The notes under the pieces are model-generated. The model had not been told where the DNA came from. It worked only from the letters and a program-made list of their open reading frames with translations, and ran no database searches. 64,000 bases of DNA from positions 64,001-128,000 of the forward strand of contig CAXXWC010000013.1 in assembly GCA_963668645.2 (NCBI GenBank), read 5' to 3'. Positions 29,784 through 39,232 of this stretch are shown here, piece after piece (position 1 is the first letter of the stretch; each line of letters starts with the position of its first letter). Origin of the DNA: Desulfobacterales bacterium (GTDB lineage Bacteria > Desulfobacterota > Desulfobacteria > Desulfobacterales > UBA2174). Position numbers and translations under genes: made by a program.

Positions 29784-30590
29784 TCAATTGATCATGCTTT
29801 TTAAGCCTGCACACAATCCTGCATGGATGGCAATATTGCGCACTGCGCGCAGGGCACGGTCATCGGCGGGCAGCCCGTTCAACGGTCTGCCCTCCATATC
29901 GAATTTTTCCAGCATCGGATCCATGGGAACGATGCCGAAAACCTCCAGTCCCAGGTTTTCGATATATTTTGTGATGGCACCGATCTGAGTGCTGTCCGAG
30001 ACGCGGTTGATGACAACGCCGATCTGTCTGCAATTTATCGCTTTATCATCTTTGACCAGCTTGGCTATATGCGAAATCGTTTCGCGTCCTCTTGTCGATA
30101 CATCCGTCAGGGCGATGAGGAAATCAAGCTCGCTGGTAACCTGCCTGTTGATCTGCTCCAGGCCGGCTTCGCCATCAATCAAAATCGTGTCAAAATTTTC
30201 TGACAAGATACCAAGGGCCATGCGCAGGAATACATTTACGGAACAATAGCACCCTCTGCTTTCGGTACGCCCCATTGCAAGAAAGGTGTAATCCGGCGTT
30301 TCGACCATGGCCTCCGTAAGCATATAATCGATATTGCCCGCCAGCTCGGTTTCCTCGGCCAAATCGCCGTTTCGTGCCGCTTCGATAACCGATTCGCGAA
30401 TCTGCGCCATCGACTTGTCCGCGTGTATGCCAAGGGTGGTGGGCAGGCCGACGGCCGGGTCTGCGTCGATGATGAGCAGGCGGCCGCTCTGCGGGCAAGA
30501 TGACAGCAGATTTGCCAACATTGCGATGAAGACCGTTTTTCCCGTACCGCCCTTGCCACAGACAGCTATCCTTGTTGCATTGTGCGTCAT
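29784..30590 (-). CDS. CooC/AcsF-family MinD-type ATPase (Ni insertase family)
   Basis: GKGGTGKT, IDADP, GCYC metal-binding motif, DGEAGLEQINR. Confidence 0.88.
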   Translation of the reverse strand: MTHNATRIAVCGKGGTGKTVFIAMLANLLSSCPQSGRLLIIDADPAVGLPTTLGIHADKSMAQIRESVIEAARNGDLAEETELAGNIDYMLTEAMVETPDYTFLAMGRTESRGCYCSVNVFLRMALGILSENFDTILIDGEAGLEQINRQVTSELDFLIALTDVSTRGRETISHIAKLVKDDKAINCRQIGVVINRVSDSTQIGAITKYIENLGLEVFGIVPMDPMLEKFDMEGRPLNGLPADDRALRAVRNIAIHAGLCAGLKSMIN

Positions 30591-30599
30591 CTGGTGCTC

Positions 30600-31355
30600 C
30601 TATGCTGAACGATACGCCGAATGGATGCGTCTGACCTCATCGCATATCGTTTTATTCTTGCATTTGCCGCAATGCCCCCACTGCGTGCACGCCTGCAAAT
30701 CCACGCCGCGTTGATCCCAGATTTTCGTTCTGACCTGCTTGCGCACCGTTTTTGCGGCAGCCTCGATGGGTTTGAGACGGCCTATGTGCCGGGTGGTCGA
30801 AACCACGTATAAGAGGCTCGCTTTTTTCACATAAGGACAGTCGGCTTTCAGCATTTCGAGCAGGCGTTTGCCGAGCGTTTCAAAGCGAAGGCCGCCGTCT
30901 GCCGCCTTTTTGCTGACGCGGCACCAGATATTTTCCTGGGTGCTTTTTGTCATGAAGCCTTCAGCCAGCCCGGGCGGAGCGCAATACTTGGTGACCTCGT
31001 AATACTCGCTGTCGTCCAGAGCGTTGCCGGCGACGATGATTACCTGCGCAAAGGCGCGTGCGCCCTGGGTCATTTCCGGTATATCGTCACCGACCAGAAC
31101 GATTTCATTGTCGCAAACCGCATCATTATCCTCGGTGCAGAGCACAAAGGCACTTGACCCCTGGGTCGGTCCGCCCAGTTCCGTTAGCATATCGGTACGA
31201 AAGACGATGAGGGACCGCTTGGCGGAGGCGATCGCCTCCGCCGACGGTTTTTCAGGTTTCACATGGTATCTTCGGACCCGCTCGCCCAACTGCGCCCACC
31301 GGGACACCAGGGTGCCAAGTTCGCAGATGCCGTCTTTGCTGTCGAAGGCGTTCAT
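30600..31355 (-). CDS. Protein resembling the acetyl-CoA synthase middle domain, with a C-terminal 4-Cys motif
   Basis: ELGG, D-EIVLVGDDI, WCRVSKKA..GGLRFETLG parallel recalled AcsB/CdhC sequence; ends CTQWGHCGKCKNKTIC. Confidence 0.7.
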   Translation of the reverse strand: MNAFDSKDGICELGTLVSRWAQLGERVRRYHVKPEKPSAEAIASAKRSLIVFRTDMLTELGGPTQGSSAFVLCTEDNDAVCDNEIVLVGDDIPEMTQGARAFAQVIIVAGNALDDSEYYEVTKYCAPPGLAEGFMTKSTQENIWCRVSKKAADGGLRFETLGKRLLEMLKADCPYVKKASLLYVVSTTRHIGRLKPIEAAAKTVRKQVRTKIWDQRGVDLQACTQWGHCGKCKNKTICDEVRRIHSAYRSA

Positions 31356-32131
31356 GCCGAGGCCTTTTCCCTCGCGTACAAGGCGGCCCCCAGCGCTCCT
31401 ATGATTTGCGGGTTTTCGCGAAGGCGGGTCACTTTCATCCCCAGTACATCTTCCAGGCTGAGGATCAGCGCTTCGTTTTTGGCACAGCCGCCGGTCACGG
31501 TGACGGCGGGCTCGATACCGACACGGTTCGCAAGCGACAACACGCGGCGTGTCACGGAGTTGTGCAGGCCGGCGGATATGTTTGAGATATCCTGCCCGGC
31601 GTTGAGCAGCGATATTACTTCCGATTCGGCAAATATCCCGCATTGCTTGGAAATGGTGCAGGGCTTGTCCGCCTTGGTGGCGAAGTCGGCAAGTTCGTCC
31701 AGCGAGCAGTTCAGGACGCGGCACATGTTTTCAAAGAAACGTCCGGTGCCCGCCGCACATTTGTCATTCATCTGAAAATCCACCACCTTGCCCTCGGTGT
31801 TCAGGGAGATGGCCTTGCTGTCCTGCCCGCCGATGTCGATTACGGTACGGATAGCCGGGTCAAGGAAAAAGGCGCCTTTGGCATGGCAGCTTATCTCTGA
31901 CATGTTTTTTTCAATGAACGAAACCCCCTCGCGGCCGTATCCGGTCCCGATAATCAGGCGGATATCCTCTTTTTTCAGACCGGCCTTTTTCAGCACCTCG
32001 TTTAATACTTCCGTTGCGGTAAGTTCGGGACTTCGCGTGGAACAAATCAACGCCCAAGATATGATCCGATCCTCGTCTATAATGACCGCTTTGCCGGTGG
32101 CCGACCCCAAATCGCATCCACAAAAGTACAT
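31352..32131 (-). CDS. ATP-dependent activase (HgdC/BadF-G/BcrAD ASKHA family)
   Basis: GCDLGS, GTGYGR, IDIGGQDSK, MNDKCAAGTGRF, CGIFAESE. Confidence 0.95.
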   Translation of the reverse strand: MYFCGCDLGSATGKAVIIDEDRIISWALICSTRSPELTATEVLNEVLKKAGLKKEDIRLIIGTGYGREGVSFIEKNMSEISCHAKGAFFLDPAIRTVIDIGGQDSKAISLNTEGKVVDFQMNDKCAAGTGRFFENMCRVLNCSLDELADFATKADKPCTISKQCGIFAESEVISLLNAGQDISNISAGLHNSVTRRVLSLANRVGIEPAVTVTGGCAKNEALILSLEDVLGMKVTRLRENPQIIGALGAALYAREKASA

Positions 32132-32154
32132 CCTGATCCCTTTCGCCGGGCAAA

Positions 32155-33462
32155 TTAAAGATAGGCAAGGCCGGTGGCCTCGAAGAAGTCGCTGATTTTC
32201 CGTTTGAGTTGATCGATGGGCAGATATCGCTCATCAAAGAGGCTGACGTTCAAAAAGAGCACGGGGACGCCAAGATCCCTGCAAAGATCGCGGATGAAAT
32301 GTGCTCCGGCCGAGACATCCTTATGCCCCATGTGTGCGGGGACAAAGACACAATTGCAGCTGTAGTCTTTGACTATCGTCTCGATATCTTCCAGGACCGT
32401 ATCCACCGTGCCCCTTGCCTGACGGATCATGGGGACCTCATAAATAGCACGCTTGGCCAGGCCGCGGATCATCTTTTCGGGAGTGGAGGTGTCTACCGGT
32501 TCATACGGGGTATAGCCTTGAAAGCTTTGCGCCACCACGGCTCCGTATTTCTCCGCCAGCCACGGTGCGAGCTGATCGCCCCACTGGGGGTCCAGATCCG
32601 CCCAGAGTATCCGTATTTTTTCGTTGGGGACAGCGCCCTTGCCGGCTTTGACCATGGCTGCGGATCCGGCCACCAATCCGCGGAATATCTGCGTGATTTG
32701 CGGGTCTCCCTGGGCGTGATGCTGGGTCAGGGCCCAGCCGGGAGTCGAGCCGCCGAAGGACGGTCCGGGGCAGGGGATAATCCGCTGCATCTGGCTGAAT
32801 TCGTCCCAAAGCTCGTATTGTCTGTTGGTTTCTTCCACGATTTGCTTGAGAAGGTCATAGTCCAGCTTATAGCCGGGGAAGGTCTTTTCCAGAAAATCGA
32901 TCATCCGATACAATTCGCCGGCGAAGTAATCCCAATCCTCATCCGTGTTTCCGTAAGGATAGTCGAGAAAGAAATACGGGATGTCGTCCCAGCCGTGCAT
33001 ACGGAAGGAATCGTGGAGCAAGGGCTGCGCATCGCAGGGCTCCATCATGCCGATGACGGCGCCGGGTTTTACAAGCAGGTTGTTGCGCTGCCCGTAGGTG
33101 CCGAGGCGAACCAGAGAGCAGATATCATCAGGCAGCGGGAGGGTGTCCATGGCGTAGAGGTCTTTTAGATCGGTAAAATATTCGTGCAGCAGGAGGTTGA
33201 AAACGATCCCTTCCGTATGGATACCCATGGCATGGGTGATCTCGTTTGCGTTGCCGTACCAGGATGTGACCATGGGCAGACCTTCGTTAAGGCACTTGAG
33301 GGTCCTGTGATCGGTTTGCAAAACGATACCGAGCAGAGCCTCGAGGCCCGGGTTCTGCTCCTCGGGGGGGGCATTATGAAGCTTATCTTTGATCGCGGTG
33401 ATGCGTGCGATATATTCCAACAGCCGTTCTTCGCCTTCTCTGTATTTTTTCTGCTCTTCCAT
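32155..33462 (-). CDS. 2-hydroxyacyl-CoA dehydratase/benzoyl-CoA reductase family subunit (HGD-D)
   Basis: DDICS, EPCD, FLDYP, HMGHKD, DLGVPVL; coupled to the activase. Confidence 0.85.
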   Translation of the reverse strand: MEEQKKYREGEERLLEYIARITAIKDKLHNAPPEEQNPGLEALLGIVLQTDHRTLKCLNEGLPMVTSWYGNANEITHAMGIHTEGIVFNLLLHEYFTDLKDLYAMDTLPLPDDICSLVRLGTYGQRNNLLVKPGAVIGMMEPCDAQPLLHDSFRMHGWDDIPYFFLDYPYGNTDEDWDYFAGELYRMIDFLEKTFPGYKLDYDLLKQIVEETNRQYELWDEFSQMQRIIPCPGPSFGGSTPGWALTQHHAQGDPQITQIFRGLVAGSAAMVKAGKGAVPNEKIRILWADLDPQWGDQLAPWLAEKYGAVVAQSFQGYTPYEPVDTSTPEKMIRGLAKRAIYEVPMIRQARGTVDTVLEDIETIVKDYSCNCVFVPAHMGHKDVSAGAHFIRDLCRDLGVPVLFLNVSLFDERYLPIDQLKRKISDFFEATGLAYL

Positions 33463-33475
33463 GATCGGCTCCTCC

Positions 33476-34612
33476 TTATAGTGTCTCAATAAAAGCTTGA
33501 GTGCGCGTCTTGATCTGGCCTGCATTATCCATAAGGTATTCCACGTCCAGCTTGAGCAACGGCATTCCGTTCTTTTTGCAATAGGCGTCGAAATCGTCTT
33601 GATCGAAGGCGAACATATCGCACATGGGCATTTTGACATGCACATAACCGTCAACGTTGCATTCTTCGCCGATTTTTTTGATTTCGGCAAAGCGCTCCAG
33701 TGATGTGCCGGCGGTGCGGGCATCCTGGGGGCGTATGTTGAGGCAGTAGTCCGCCAGATTGTAAACAGGATCGCCTTCGATGGGGACGTCCCGGATGAAG
33801 GAGCGGTTTCCGTCCCAGAGCATGTCGGTCACGAAGCAGGCTCCTTGGCCCTCGATGGTCTGCAGCAGGTAGGGATCGTCCAGCTCGCCACCGAGCAGCA
33901 TGAGACGCTTTTCGGCGGCAACGTCTTCGCTCTGTTCCAGTTCGGCAATGAACTTTTCCAGCAGTTCCTTGTATTCGGCCTTGGGCATGCTGAAGCCCGC
34001 CACGATGGCCGTCATGGCGTCCGCGCCCGTAAGTTTCGGAGCCGGGCCGCAGCGCAGTTCGTAAAGTCTGCGCTGCAATGCGCGCAACTCGTTTTGTAAG
34101 CCAATGGCCTGGCGCAGTTTCTCGTCGGTTATCGTCACATTGAAGCCTTGCTCTATCGCCGCTTTAAGGCGACCGAGGTGCAACGCATACCACTCTGTCT
34201 GTTCAGGTCCCTGTTTCTGCGGGACGGTGACAAAATGGAACCAGCGCCCGTCCTTGTCGATGAGTCTGGACCAGTTGTCGTAGGCCCGGCGGATGTGGTC
34301 GCAGGCATTGTATCCGACAACACCGTCAAGGAATTTATATGCGCCGCGGATGGCCAGATCGAGGTTGTAGCGGATATATACGCAGTTGATGGCCGCAACA
34401 TACGCATCCGCCAGATCTGTTCCGGTAGCCGTCGTGGCGCGCAGGCGGAACGGCATGATGCCGGCAGCGGTGAGCAGTTCTTCAGGAACCCCTTCGTAGT
34501 AATATCCGACGACCTTGCCACCTTGTTCTTTCCATGCCTGTATGTACGGGTTGTCAAGATTCTTTGCCACATCATGAAAGATATCGAGCGGAGATTTACT
34601 GTTCTTTAGCAT
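33476..34612 (-). CDS. 2-hydroxyacyl-CoA dehydratase/benzoyl-CoA reductase family subunit (HGD-D)
   Basis: VPEELLTAAG, INC, ACDHIRR, MCD, GQIKTRTQAFIE. Confidence 0.88.
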   Translation of the reverse strand: MLKNSKSPLDIFHDVAKNLDNPYIQAWKEQGGKVVGYYYEGVPEELLTAAGIMPFRLRATTATGTDLADAYVAAINCVYIRYNLDLAIRGAYKFLDGVVGYNACDHIRRAYDNWSRLIDKDGRWFHFVTVPQKQGPEQTEWYALHLGRLKAAIEQGFNVTITDEKLRQAIGLQNELRALQRRLYELRCGPAPKLTGADAMTAIVAGFSMPKAEYKELLEKFIAELEQSEDVAAEKRLMLLGGELDDPYLLQTIEGQGACFVTDMLWDGNRSFIRDVPIEGDPVYNLADYCLNIRPQDARTAGTSLERFAEIKKIGEECNVDGYVHVKMPMCDMFAFDQDDFDAYCKKNGMPLLKLDVEYLMDNAGQIKTRTQAFIETL

Positions 34613-34700
34613 TGTTAACTCCTGTTTTTTCAAGTCAAAATCTTTGATTTTTCGTCTCCCGTTCCCATTTCTCCGTGAAAATTATTATAGAATCTGTAAA

Positions 34701-34860
34701 GCATATTTCATGCCGTTTTTGATTATCTCGGTAAAAACTAAATTATTGCGATAATCTATTGATTTGTTGGAATTATTTAGGGCGTAAAAGACAGAAAACC
34801 GGTATGGACAAGATACGTGTCAGGTGTTAAAATAATGTCAGTGTTAAAAATAGTGACACT
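34701..34860 (-). promoter_or_regulatory. Sigma54 promoter, IHF site and activator sites of the dehydratase-like operon
   Basis: Minus strand CGGCATGAAATATGC (34715-34701); TAATCTATTGATT IHF consensus at 34752-34764; GTGTT..TGACACT repeats at 34823-34860. Confidence 0.7.
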
Positions 34861-34926
34861 TGAAGATGGCACCCTGGTTTCTCCGGTGCTTTGACTTTTA
34901 GCTGGCTGCAGCCACAGAGGCGGAAA

Positions 34927-37074
34927 ATGAATCAAGCCGAAGTCGATACAGCAAGAAAACTCGAAGCGATGCTTAAGGTCACCAAATCAATATGTGGCTA
35001 CCCTGAATTCGAAATCCTGCTTAAAAATCTCGACAAAAGCCTGCACGACCTCATAGAGTATGATATTATCAATCTTTTTACCTACAATGAAGCAACTGGC
35101 GATGGATTAATTTATTATCCGGGATTCATTTTCGAGGAAATATCGGAACACCCCAATGCTGTATTCAACTTTGCGGATGGACCGAGCTTTTGGGTCTGGA
35201 ATAACCAGAAACCTCTAATAAACTGTATTGAGGACTATGAAAGTGCGTACCCAAAAGTGCTGGTGTATCGCCGTAGAGAGGGAATCCAGACCTCCTGCGT
35301 GGTTCCCTTAACAACCACCCAGAAACGGGTCGGGACACTGGAATTTCTGAGCCGGAAAAGAGACGCGTTTGGCGATCAGAAAGAACTTGCCTTCATTCAA
35401 TTCGTTGCCAATCAAGTCGCCATAGTCGTGGACAACGCTATTATTTACCAGAAGATGAAGACGTCGGAAGAAAACCTTACCATCGAGCGACACCATCTGC
35501 AAACCTTGCTTGATGTGACGAATGCGGCATTTTCCCAGTACGATACAAAATCCCTGATCAGGGAGATATCCTTACAGGTTCACAGTGTTTTCGGGGCGGA
35601 GTTTTGCGGGCTGTGCCTGTATGATGCTGCCACCGGAGTGTTGTACTGGGAGGCGGTGCACCAAGTGAACAGGAAGTATGGCCTCAATGTCCGGCATACA
35701 CCGCTTCAAACAGGACCGGTGCTGGACCAATGCATTGCCGACAGGCGGCATTATAAGGTTGATGCGGCGATGATGGATATGATGTGCCGGCAAAGCGATC
35801 TTGCAGCCCTGCTTAGCAAAGAGGGGATCAGGTCTTTTTGCACGCTTCCGCTGTCGTTTCATTTGGAATCGCTTGGTCTGCTGATAGTCGGACACCAAAC
35901 CCGCGATGTTATTGAAGACGATTCCCTGCAACTGTTGACCGAAATTGCCAGACAGGTCTCCATGGCCATAAGTAATATCCAGGCCTATAGAAAGATAATG
36001 CAGCTTCAGAAGAAATTGAACTCGGAAAAACTATACCTGGAAGAAGAAATCAAGCTGCAATACAATTTTGGAGAAATAATCGGCCAAAGCAAAACCATGC
36101 ATTCGCTTTACCAGCAAATCGAGGCCGTTGCGGAAACCGATGCGACCGTGCTGATTCTTGGAGAAACCGGTACGGGCAAGGAGCTTATCGCCCGCGCCAT
36201 TCACGATTGCAGTTTTCGCAAAAAACGCACCCTGGTCAAAGTCAACTGCTCGGCCATTCCGGCCAACCTGTTTGAAAGCGATCTGTTCGGCCATGAAAAA
36301 GGGGCCTTCACAGGAGCGATCCAACAAAAAATCGGCCGTTTTGAAATGGCGCACCTCGGAACCCTCTTTCTCGATGAAGTTGGCGATATTCCCCTGGACT
36401 CGCAACCAAAGCTGTTGCGGGCCTTGCAGGAACAGGAGTTTGAGCGCCTTGGGGGGACGCGTCCACTTCATGTCGACGTGCGCATAATCGCTGCCACCAA
36501 CAATAATTTACTGAATATGGTCGCCGAAGGGAATTTTCGAAGTGACCTTTATTACCGGCTGAACGTTTTTCCCATCAAAGTGCCGCCTCTCCGGGAAAGA
36601 AAAAATGATATCCCGATGCTGGTCTATTATTTTATCGAAAAGTATGCGCGGAAATTGAGGCGGGATATCAAAAGCATTCCCGATGAAATCATGGAAAGCC
36701 TCATGCAGATGCCATGGCCCGGAAACGTGCGTGAACTGGAGCACGTTATCGAACGTGCCGTGGTTATTTCCAAAGGGCCGATGCTGCAGATGCCGCAGGA
36801 CGTCTTGACCAATTATTTTCCCGTCGCCAACCAGGAAATGCCGCTTAGGACGATGTTTGTAACCAATGTAGCGCCTTCTTCTGCCCAGAAAGGCGCAACC
36901 CTGCACGATACCGAACGGCGGCATATCTTAAATATCCTGAATGAATGTAACGGCGTCATCGGCGGGGCCAACGGTGCTGCGGCCCGGTTAGGATTAAAAA
37001 GGACGACGCTGCACGCCAAAATGAAGCGGTTGGGCATTATTCGTAACCAGACGCAATTTTGCGCCAGTTCGTGA
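34927..37074 (+). CDS. FhlA-like sigma54 activator (GAF-GAF-AAA-HTH)
   Basis: [39 protein letters not shown]; two GAF-like N-terminal domains. Confidence 0.93.
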   Translation: MNQAEVDTARKLEAMLKVTKSICGYPEFEILLKNLDKSLHDLIEYDIINLFTYNEATGDGLIYYPGFIFEEISEHPNAVFNFADGPSFWVWNNQKPLINCIEDYESAYPKVLVYRRREGIQTSCVVPLTTTQKRVGTLEFLSRKRDAFGDQKELAFIQFVANQVAIVVDNAIIYQKMKTSEENLTIERHHLQTLLDVTNAAFSQYDTKSLIREISLQVHSVFGAEFCGLCLYDAATGVLYWEAVHQVNRKYGLNVRHTPLQTGPVLDQCIADRRHYKVDAAMMDMMCRQSDLAALLSKEGIRSFCTLPLSFHLESLGLLIVGHQTRDVIEDDSLQLLTEIARQVSMAISNIQAYRKIMQLQKKLNSEKLYLEEEIKLQYNFGEIIGQSKTMHSLYQQIEAVAETDATVLILGETGTGKELIARAIHDCSFRKKRTLVKVNCSAIPANLFESDLFGHEKGAFTGAIQQKIGRFEMAHLGTLFLDEVGDIPLDSQPKLLRALQEQEFERLGGTRPLHVDVRIIAATNNNLLNMVAEGNFRSDLYYRLNVFPIKVPPLRERKNDIPMLVYYFIEKYARKLRRDIKSIPDEIMESLMQMPWPGNVRELEHVIERAVVISKGPMLQMPQDVLTNYFPVANQEMPLRTMFVTNVAPSSAQKGATLHDTERRHILNILNECNGVIGGANGAAARLGLKRTTLHAKMKRLGIIRNQTQFCASS

Positions 37075-37510
37075 AAACTGCCGAGACAGGGTGCGGGTGC
37101 TGTAGTTTTCCTAGAAATGGAATGCTGGTCACCTCCAAAAACCGGATCACCATGCCCAACAAGATCAGGGCCCGAGTGCGCCGGGGCATCCACTTCAGCT
37201 TGCAGATCAATGACGAAATCGTGGTAATGGAGCCGGTGGTGCAGCAAACCGGCCGGATCCGGCTTTATGCATCAGTGCTCCTTGCGGCCGAATACCTTCG
37301 CGTGGGGACCTATCTTCCAAATCCCATATGGGCGTGTCACTTTCATGCCTGATCCCTTTCAACTGGTATCCCGCAAAATATGAGTGTCGGCCTATGATAA
37401 TTCTATTATCCAACTTATATTTACATCATAAAGCATATTATTCATGTTGAACAAATTTATATCTTCGACGCTTCCAATCAATCGGTTCGAATTTAATGGC
37501 GAGATTTTAA

Positions 37511-38716
37511 ATGAAGCTTACCGCTGAGGAAAAAGAAATACTTGATGGCTCTGAAGGCGGAGGGGCCGCCCTGGCCATGGAGATTTTGGTCGGTATTGGA
37601 GAGGCTTTAGACGCCCCCCGCTTGGTTCCCATATCGCGTGCACATGTTGCACTGAGCAATCAGGAAGCCGACCTATGGTTTGCCGAAAAACTGGCTGATG
37701 CAGGGAGCCGGTGCAATGTCCCACCGACGGTGAACCCCGGATTCTGCCTTAAATATTTTACCGCTAACGGTATGGTTTCGGATGCGGATGCGCAATTGAT
37801 GGCGCGTACAACCAGCGCCTATACACGGCTTGGCGCCAGAATGAATTTCAGCTGCACGCCGTACCTGTTCGATAATATTCCCCGCCAGGGAGAAATAATT
37901 TCTTTTTCAGAGTCCAGTGCCACGCCCTACGTGAATTCCGTTTGGGGCGCCAGGTCAAACCGTGAATCGGCCCAGTCCGCACTTTGCGCTGCGGTTATCG
38001 GAAAGGTTCCCGAATACGGGCTTCTTTGGACAAAAAACAGAAGAGCAACGGCCAGGATCGTGGTCGACGCCGATTTGAGTGATGATTTTGCGTATCAACA
38101 ACTCGGTTGGGCCATTCCCTCCAAAATCGGTTACCGGATCCCGGTTTTTGAAGGCATTCCGGCCAATGTCAGCATGGAAGGCTTGATGAACCTCGGCGCA
38201 CAGCTCAATACGGCCGGAGCCGTTCCCATGTATCACATTGTTGGCGTAACGCCGGAAGCCGCCACAACCGAAGCCGCATTGCAGGGAGATCTTCCCGAGA
38301 TCGAAATCAGGATCACCCAACGTGACCTCGATGCGCAGATCGAAAAATTCTCCGATGAACCCGGTCCCATCGATTTTGTCATGTTTGGTTGTCCGCACCA
38401 CACCATCCGCCAGGTTCAGCAGGTGGCCGAAATGGTTGCAGGGCAATTACTAAAAGCGGAGTTGTGGATATTGACCTCGAGTTACACCTATGAGATGGCC
38501 TTGCGAATGGGACTGGCAACAATAATCGAAAAGGCCGGGGGCCACATTGTTCCCGATACTTGTCCGGACCAGCCCTGCTGGGGACACTTGAAGGGCCGCA
38601 AGGGTGCCACCGATTCACCCAAATGCGCCTATTATCCGAAGCGCCGGGGCATCCGGTTTGTCGTCCGGGACATGCGGACCTGTGTTGGTGCGGCGCTGAA
38701 AGGATCCATAGAATAA
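37511..38716 (+). CDS. Aconitase X catalytic subunit (DUF521)
   Basis: SCTPY, SESSA..YVNSVWGARSNRE, GCPH, DTC, TDSPKCAYY. Confidence 0.9.
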   Translation: MKLTAEEKEILDGSEGGGAALAMEILVGIGEALDAPRLVPISRAHVALSNQEADLWFAEKLADAGSRCNVPPTVNPGFCLKYFTANGMVSDADAQLMARTTSAYTRLGARMNFSCTPYLFDNIPRQGEIISFSESSATPYVNSVWGARSNRESAQSALCAAVIGKVPEYGLLWTKNRRATARIVVDADLSDDFAYQQLGWAIPSKIGYRIPVFEGIPANVSMEGLMNLGAQLNTAGAVPMYHIVGVTPEAATTEAALQGDLPEIEIRITQRDLDAQIEKFSDEPGPIDFVMFGCPHHTIRQVQQVAEMVAGQLLKAELWILTSSYTYEMALRMGLATIIEKAGGHIVPDTCPDQPCWGHLKGRKGATDSPKCAYYPKRRGIRFVVRDMRTCVGAALKGSIE

Positions 38717-38717
38717 G

Positions 38718-39149
38718 ATGAGAGCCAAAGTTTTTGACTGCCACAAAATATCACAAGGGCATGCAATAGGAAAAGTCCTTGTTTCTAAAGACGATATCTG
38801 TTTTTACATGGTCGACCCGGAAACCGGAATCGTGATCGAGAAAGGCCACGCGCTTGAAGGGCGGTCCGTGGCGGACAAAGTGCTCGTATTCCCGACGGGA
38901 AAGGGCAGCTCCGTTGTCCAGGCCGATGGCCTCTACCAGTTGCAGCTGCGCAATAACGCACCCAAAGCGATGATCATTCAATATGCGGATACGGTTTTGG
39001 TGGCCTCGGCCATCGTTATCGGTATCCCCATGGTAAACAAACTGCCGGAAGCGTTTTACCGGGAGCTTGAAGCCGACTGCTTGGTGGAAATCGATGCGGA
39101 TGCCAATAGGGTTACGATAAAAGCAAGTTCCTGCGGCGAATGCAGCTAA
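38718..39149 (+). CDS. Aconitase X swivel subunit (DUF126)
   Basis: VDPETG...H.LEG.SV.DKVLVFPTGKGSS. Confidence 0.9.
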   Translation: MRAKVFDCHKISQGHAIGKVLVSKDDICFYMVDPETGIVIEKGHALEGRSVADKVLVFPTGKGSSVVQADGLYQLQLRNNAPKAMIIQYADTVLVASAIVIGIPMVNKLPEAFYRELEADCLVEIDADANRVTIKASSCGECS

Positions 39150-39232
39150 ACTTTCTCAATTCGATTTCAATTTTCCATCTAGACGGTTGGAAATTCCAAA
39201 CTGGTGCAAGGCACCCGAGCACAGGAGGAAAA

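Noticed and set aside
29784..31355. Wood-Ljungdahl (CODH/ACS) gene cluster
   Set aside because: No CODH, CFeSP or methyltransferase here, and the ACS-like protein lacks the A-cluster domain
37122..37352. Possible AbrB-like small ORF (KNRITMPNKIR)
   Set aside because: Weak resemblance, no partner toxin and no clear RBS; at most a remnant
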